A program made the position numbers and the translations under genes. From Demequina sp. (GTDB taxonomy: Bacteria > Actinomycetota > Actinomycetes > Actinomycetales > Demequinaceae), in the NCBI RefSeq assembly GCF_047975725.1, contig NZ_JBKEED010000036.1, positions 62,790-126,789 on the forward strand: DNA of 64,000 bases, written 5' to 3'. Of the stretch, positions 59,376 through 64,000 are shown piece by piece. The notes under the pieces are model-generated. The model worked only from the letters and a program-made list of their open reading frames with translations, was not told the DNA's origin and did not search any database. Position 1 is the first letter of the stretch. Each line of letters opens with the position of its first letter.

Positions 59376-59409
59376 AAGGCCGGCACTCCCCTCGGGAGGC
59401 CGGCCTTTT
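59376..59409 (+). terminator. Rho-independent terminator after rpmB
   Basis: AAGGCCGGC-A-CTCCC-CTC-GGGAG-GCCGGCCTTTT. Confidence 0.75.
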
Positions 59410-59443
59410 CGCTGTCCCCGCGCGGGCGAGCGGGAGCGAACCC

Positions 59444-60397
59444 TCAGTTCCCGGAGAAGTGATCCCAGCCGCGCTCGGTGGGGGCCTCGCCGTCGATGAC
59501 GAGCCCGACGGGCCCGTCCACAACCTCGCCAATCAGGTGCCAGCTCTCCGGCACCGCACTGGCGCGTGGGAACGTCGCGAGCATGTGGTGGTCCTCTCCC
59601 CCGGCGATGGCCCATGCGAGCGCTTGCTGGTCGTCGAGACCAAGCCCGTGGGCGGTGCGCACCGCGGCCTCATGGACAGGTACTGCGGCACGGTCCACCT
59701 CGAGCCGCACGCCCGATGCGCGCGCCATCCGCGCCCCGTCGCGCGCCAGGCCATCGGACAGGTCCATCATCGCCGTCGCACCGTGCAGCGCACCTTCGAG
59801 GCCAGCGCCAATACGCGGGCGGGGGCGCACGAACAGGTCCACCGCCTCCTGGTCCACGCTGACCTTGCGCGAGAGCTGCTCGTACCCGGCGCGAGAGGCG
59901 CCGAGCGCTCCTGACACGGCAATGACATCGCCCACCTGCGCATCGGCCCTCGTGATGGGCTCGGTGCCGTGGGTCTCCCCCATGACGGTCACCGCCAACA
60001 CGATCTCGCTGGCGCCAGACAGGTCGCCGCCCACCACTCCTACGCCGTGGGGTTCGCACGCCTCACGCAGCCCGTCTGCCATCCCGAGCACCCACTCGAC
60101 AGGGGTCGAGGCGGGAGCGCACAGCGTCACCTCAAGAGAGGTCGCCACCGCTCCCATCGCGTCGATGTCGGCCAGGTTCTGCATCGCGGCCCGAAAGCCC
60201 ACGTCCGCGCCGGTCGACCACTCCGAGCGGAAGTGCCGGTTCTCCACGAGCACGTCGGCGCTGACGACCAGATCGCCGTCAACCGCGATGACCGCGGCGT
60301 CATCTCCTGGGCCGAGGATGGCCGCGTCTGTCTGGGGAAGGCGGGGGGCGAACAGCGCGATCAGCGCGTCCTCATCCATGTCTCCGATGGTGCTCAT
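59444..60397 (-). CDS. thiL: Thiamine-phosphate kinase
   Basis: GPGDDAA, NLADIDAMG, GGDL, MDLSDGL, GGEDH, GWDHF. Confidence 0.95.
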   Translation of the reverse strand: MSTIGDMDEDALIALFAPRLPQTDAAILGPGDDAAVIAVDGDLVVSADVLVENRHFRSEWSTGADVGFRAAMQNLADIDAMGAVATSLEVTLCAPASTPVEWVLGMADGLREACEPHGVGVVGGDLSGASEIVLAVTVMGETHGTEPITRADAQVGDVIAVSGALGASRAGYEQLSRKVSVDQEAVDLFVRPRPRIGAGLEGALHGATAMMDLSDGLARDGARMARASGVRLEVDRAAVPVHEAAVRTAHGLGLDDQQALAWAIAGGEDHHMLATFPRASAVPESWHLIGEVVDGPVGLVIDGEAPTERGWDHFSGN

Positions 60398-60406
60398 GCC
60401 ATGAGC

Positions 60407-61780
60407 CTACGGGTGGGCGTGAGCCGTGCTGAGCCACCCTCCCGAGCGGGTGAGGCGCCCATACGCGATGCCGAGCAACACGCCGCGCGCGATATTGAGC
60501 AGCGTGAACGACAGCCACAGCCCATCGTTGGTGGCCTCGCCCGCAATCCACGCGGGGATCAGGAACGATGGCAGGTAGATACCCACCACCGCGATCAGCA
60601 TGCAGTTGCGCATGATCCGCGACTGACCGGTGCCAATGAAGATGCCGTCGAGCAGGTAGGCCGCCACCGAGATCAGCGGCAGCCACGCCGCCCAGTGATA
60701 GTACTGCGCCGTCGTCTGAGTGAGTCCGGGAAGGTCGGTCATGAGCGCGATGAACTGATCCTGGCCCAAGACAAACACCGCGGTGAAGGCGGCCGCGATC
60801 ACGATGGCAGGCAAGGTCGCGGCCAGGTTGGCGCGATGCAGCTCGGTGAGGTTGCGGGTGCCGATGGCGCGGGCGCTCATCGCCTCGGCGGCGTGGGCAT
60901 ACCCGTCGAGGCCATACGAGGCCAGCAGCGTCACCTGCATGAGGATGGCGTTGGCGGCGAGCACATCAGGGCTGATGCGCCCGCCTGCGGCCGTCAGGAA
61001 CGTCAACGCTACGTACAGCAGCACCGTGCGCACCGCGAGGTCCGCGTTCATGGTCAACAGCGCGCGCCATCCGCGACGCAGGCCCTGGCCGCGCCACCGC
61101 CTCAGGCGCGCCTTCAGCTCAGGGTCGAGGAAGCGCCACAACAGCACGGCTGCGAGCGCGAGCCCCACCCATTCCGCGATCATCGTCGCCCAGGCCGCCC
61201 CCGCCGCGCCCCAGCCCAGCCCTCCCACGAAGGCCACGTCGAGCACCAAGTTGAGGACGTTGACCGTCACCGCAATCGCGAGCGGCCGGCGCGTGTCCTG
61301 GGACCCAATGAAGTACCCGGTCACCACGAACGTGCCCAGCACGGCAGGCAAAGAATGAAAGCGGATCTGGCTATAGGCGGTCGCGAGCTCACGCACCTCC
61401 CCTGCGGGCGCCATCACCGCCATGAGCAGCGGCAACGCCACCCATTGGATCAGCAGCACCCCCGCGGCCAGCACCCCCGCAAGCAGCAGGCTGCGCTGCA
61501 GGTGGGAGACCGTGTCGAGCGGCCGGCCAGCGCCAATCGACCGACCCACGAGGCTTGTCGTTCCCAGCCGCAGGAAGGCCAGCACCCAATACGCCGCGGA
61601 CAGCACAATCGAGCCCGCCGCGACAGCACCCAGGTTCACCGTGTCGGAGAAATGCCCCAGCATCGCGGTGTCGACGAGCCCCACCAGCGGCACCGACACG
61701 TTCGCCACGATCATGGGCCACGCGAGCGCGAACGCGCGCCCATGGGGCAGGCCAGAGACGAGATCACGCACGGAGGTCAC
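60407..61780 (-). CDS. MATE-family efflux transporter (DinF-like)
   Basis: PLVGLVDTAMLGH, FLRLGTT, NLVLD, LDG motifs; about 12 TM segments. Confidence 0.92.
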   Translation of the reverse strand: MTSVRDLVSGLPHGRAFALAWPMIVANVSVPLVGLVDTAMLGHFSDTVNLGAVAAGSIVLSAAYWVLAFLRLGTTSLVGRSIGAGRPLDTVSHLQRSLLLAGVLAAGVLLIQWVALPLLMAVMAPAGEVRELATAYSQIRFHSLPAVLGTFVVTGYFIGSQDTRRPLAIAVTVNVLNLVLDVAFVGGLGWGAAGAAWATMIAEWVGLALAAVLLWRFLDPELKARLRRWRGQGLRRGWRALLTMNADLAVRTVLLYVALTFLTAAGGRISPDVLAANAILMQVTLLASYGLDGYAHAAEAMSARAIGTRNLTELHRANLAATLPAIVIAAAFTAVFVLGQDQFIALMTDLPGLTQTTAQYYHWAAWLPLISVAAYLLDGIFIGTGQSRIMRNCMLIAVVGIYLPSFLIPAWIAGEATNDGLWLSFTLLNIARGVLLGIAYGRLTRSGGWLSTAHAHP

Positions 61781-61847
61781 GGCCCCAGGCTATCGGCGCG
61801 CCGGACACCGGCCGGCGCCTGCCTGCGGCCCCACTACCCTGGAAGCC

Positions 61848-62315
61848 ATGCCCCTGCGAGTGAAGCCAGCCGCCGCATCGGCCCTGCTGGTGTTGCCCCT
61901 GCTCACGGCCTGTGCCCACCCCCTCGTCGTGGAGCCAGCCGAGTACGCGGGCGACCCCGAATGCGCGCCCGTCATGCTCGCGATCCCCGAGGTCGTGGGC
62001 GGCCTCGACATGCGCGGCACGACCTCTCAGGCAACCCAGGCATGGGGCGATGAATACGAAATTGTCGCGCGCTGTGGCGTCGAGCCTCCCGGCCCCACCA
62101 CCGATCCGTGCATCGCCGTCTCGACGCCCGCCGCCGACGTGAATTGGCTCATGACGGAGACGGACGATGCGTGGGTCGCCGTGACATTTGGGCGCTCGCC
62201 AGCGCTCGAGCTCACGGTGCCCAAAATCCGTGCGGACGAGGCGATCGCCGACGTGCTCGCGGAAGTCTCCGCGGCAGCGGCGCTCGCCCCGTCCAACGGG
62301 TTGGAGTGCCGCTAG
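61848..62315 (+). CDS. DUF3515-family lipoprotein
   Basis: Lipobox LTAC; QATQAWG, RCGVEPPGPTTDPC, TFGRSPA. Confidence 0.8.
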   Translation: MPLRVKPAAASALLVLPLLTACAHPLVVEPAEYAGDPECAPVMLAIPEVVGGLDMRGTTSQATQAWGDEYEIVARCGVEPPGPTTDPCIAVSTPAADVNWLMTETDDAWVAVTFGRSPALELTVPKIRADEAIADVLAEVSAAAALAPSNGLECR

Positions 62316-64000
62316 CCGAGCGTGACCACCACGGACACCTCGGCGCCCTCGGGCTGCACCGGCACGGGCTTGGTCGGGTCGATCTCGACGCCATCAACCG
62401 TGACCGACTTCACGCCCTTGGACACGTGGTCAGGGTTTTTGACCTCGATGTTGTAGACCGCTCCGCGCCACTCGCGACGCACCTCGAAGCCATCCCACGC
62501 CATCGGAATGGACGGGTCGACCACCAGACCATCGAAGGCCAGGCGAATACCGAGGATGTACTTGGTGGCCGCCGTGTACATCCAGCCAGCCGTGCCGGTC
62601 AGCCACGGGTTCTGCGCCTTGCCAAACCACTCGTGGTCGCGCCCGTACAGGAACTGGACGTACGCGTAGGGCTCAGCGCCACGCACCTCGATGTTGTCGT
62701 TGTGGTTGAACGGCAGAATCTTGTCGTAGAAGTCCACCGCCTGATCGCCGCGTCCCAGCATCGCCTCAGCGATGATGGGCCACGCGTTGGGGTGAGAGAA
62801 GATCGCCGCGTTCTCCTTGATACCCGGGTACACGCGGGTCACGAAGCCCACGGTGTCGTCGATCTCGGTGAAGGCCGGCCAGTTGAGGTGGTTGCCGTAG
62901 TCGGAGCCCAGCAGTTCGCGCACGGAATCCATGGAGGCCTCACCGCGCTCCTGCGAGGTGATACCCGCGATCACGGGCCACGCCTGGTGCTCAAGGAAGA
63001 TCTTGCCTTCCTTGTTCTCCCGCGAGCCGATTTTCACGCCGTCTCGCGTGTAGCCACGGATCCACCAGTCGCCGTCCCACAACTGCTCGTCGGCAACCTT
63101 GGCGATGCGCTCACGCTCAGCGGAGTACGTCGCGATGGCCTCGTCGTCGCCACGGTACGCGGCGACCTCGAGGAAGGCGCCAATGGCCCAGGCGTGCAGG
63201 AAGGTCACGAGCGAGGTCTCGCCGCCACCGAGGTTGAGGCAGTCGTTCCAGTCTGCGCGCAGGCCCAGGGCCACGCCGTTTTGACCGATCTGCTCGGCAG
63301 AGAAGTCCAGCGCCGCCTTAAGGTGCTCGTAGACCGTCGCGTCCTTGCCATCGGCGAACGGAATCACCTGGTCGAGGAAGTCGTAGTCGCCGGTCTCCTT
63401 GACGAACTCCACGATGGAGGGCACGAGCCACAGGTGGTCGTCCGAGCAGGTGTCCTCGAGCCCGTGGATGAGGTCATCCATGGACGGCGTCGGCACGATC
63501 GTGGGCGACGGGACATCGGGCAGCTTCTCAGCGTCCGGGTCGAACGCCTTGGGCTCGAACAGGTGGATGCCATACCCGCTGGAGACCTGAGCGCGCAGCA
63601 GTTCGACGATGCGCTGGCGGGTCTTGGTGGGGTTGGTGTGAATCACGCTCATGACGTCCTGAGCCGTGTCGCGGTAGCCCAGACCGGTACGGCCGCCGAC
63701 CTCAACGAACGAGGCAAAGCGCGACCACACCACGCAGGTCTCCGCCTGCAGCAGCGTCCACGAGTTGATCATCGTGTTCATGCCCTCGTGGGGCGTGGTG
63801 ATGCGCAGCTTGTCCTGCTTGTTCTTCCAGTACTGCCCCAGGCGCGCGTACTCCGCGTCGACCGTCTCGACGTCCGAGTACTTAGCCTGCATGGGGCGCC
63901 CAGCCTGGTCACGCGAGCCATAGCCGAGCATGTACACCAGGCGCTTGGTCTCGCCCGGCTGAAGGGTCACGACGTGCTGGAGCGAACCGCAGTGGTTCTG
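62312..64000 (-). CDS. GH94 phosphorylase, N,N'-diacetylchitobiose phosphorylase-like (5' part outside window)
   Basis: WSRFASFVEVGGRTGLGYRDTAQD, SDDHLW, ADWNDC, KENAAIFSH, WLTGTAGW. Confidence 0.88.
   Translation of the reverse strand, partial: QNHCGSLQHVVTLQPGETKRLVYMLGYGSRDQAGRPMQAKYSDVETVDAEYARLGQYWKNKQDKLRITTPHEGMNTMINSWTLLQAETCVVWSRFASFVEVGGRTGLGYRDTAQDVMSVIHTNPTKTRQRIVELLRAQVSSGYGIHLFEPKAFDPDAEKLPDVPSPTIVPTPSMDDLIHGLEDTCSDDHLWLVPSIVEFVKETGDYDFLDQVIPFADGKDATVYEHLKAALDFSAEQIGQNGVALGLRADWNDCLNLGGGETSLVTFLHAWAIGAFLEVAAYRGDDEAIATYSAERERIAKVADEQLWDGDWWIRGYTRDGVKIGSRENKEGKIFLEHQAWPVIAGITSQERGEASMDSVRELLGSDYGNHLNWPAFTEIDDTVGFVTRVYPGIKENAAIFSHPNAWPIIAEAMLGRGDQAVDFYDKILPFNHNDNIEVRGAEPYAYVQFLYGRDHEWFGKAQNPWLTGTAGWMYTAATKYILGIRLAFDGLVVDPSIPMAWDGFEVRREWRGAVYNIEVKNPDHVSKGVKSVTVDGVEIDPTKPVPVQPEGAEVSVVVTLG

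Noticed and set aside
57241..62053. Long plus-strand ORFs 57241-58983 and 59969-62053
   Set aside because: Antisense to the DAK2, thiL and MATE genes

Overview
High-GC actinobacterial chromosomal segment; a Micrococcales-like origin (possibly Demequina) is inferred from gene content and not verified. About 1-23.3 kb is accessory: four GH43 arabinan-type glycosidases, an ABC-2 exporter with a WYL regulator, an MFS pump, an MmyB-regulator/oxidoreductase operon and a YtrA-type GntR/DUF1648 pair, ending at tRNA-Ala(GGC). The rest is largely core genome (rsfS, nadD, proA/proB, obgE, rpmA, rplU, rne, cydABDC, mutM, rnc, rpmF, coaD, rsmD, recG, rpmB, thiL) with inserted modules. Main observations: (1) four co-oriented copies of a 159-160 bp long-hairpin repeat within 9.2 kb next to the tRNA, each at a boundary between accessory gene modules, one abutting a diverged duplicate of a gene 3' end (a cassette-array-like layout, no recombinase in the window); (2) a TACAWCGTTGTA operator shared by three GH43 transcription units; (3) a SipW-type peptidase operon with two SipW-class substrates and an LPXTG protein, a candidate TasA-like surface fibre; (4) cydABDC coupled to a DosS/DosR-like pair with a DosR-type box upstream of cydA; (5) a P-type ATPase lacking canonical Ca2+-binding residues; (6) a second, GGATCC-core palindromic repeat family. 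No CRISPR array, integrase or transposase was recognised. Many start codons were moved from the ORF track to more plausible internal starts.
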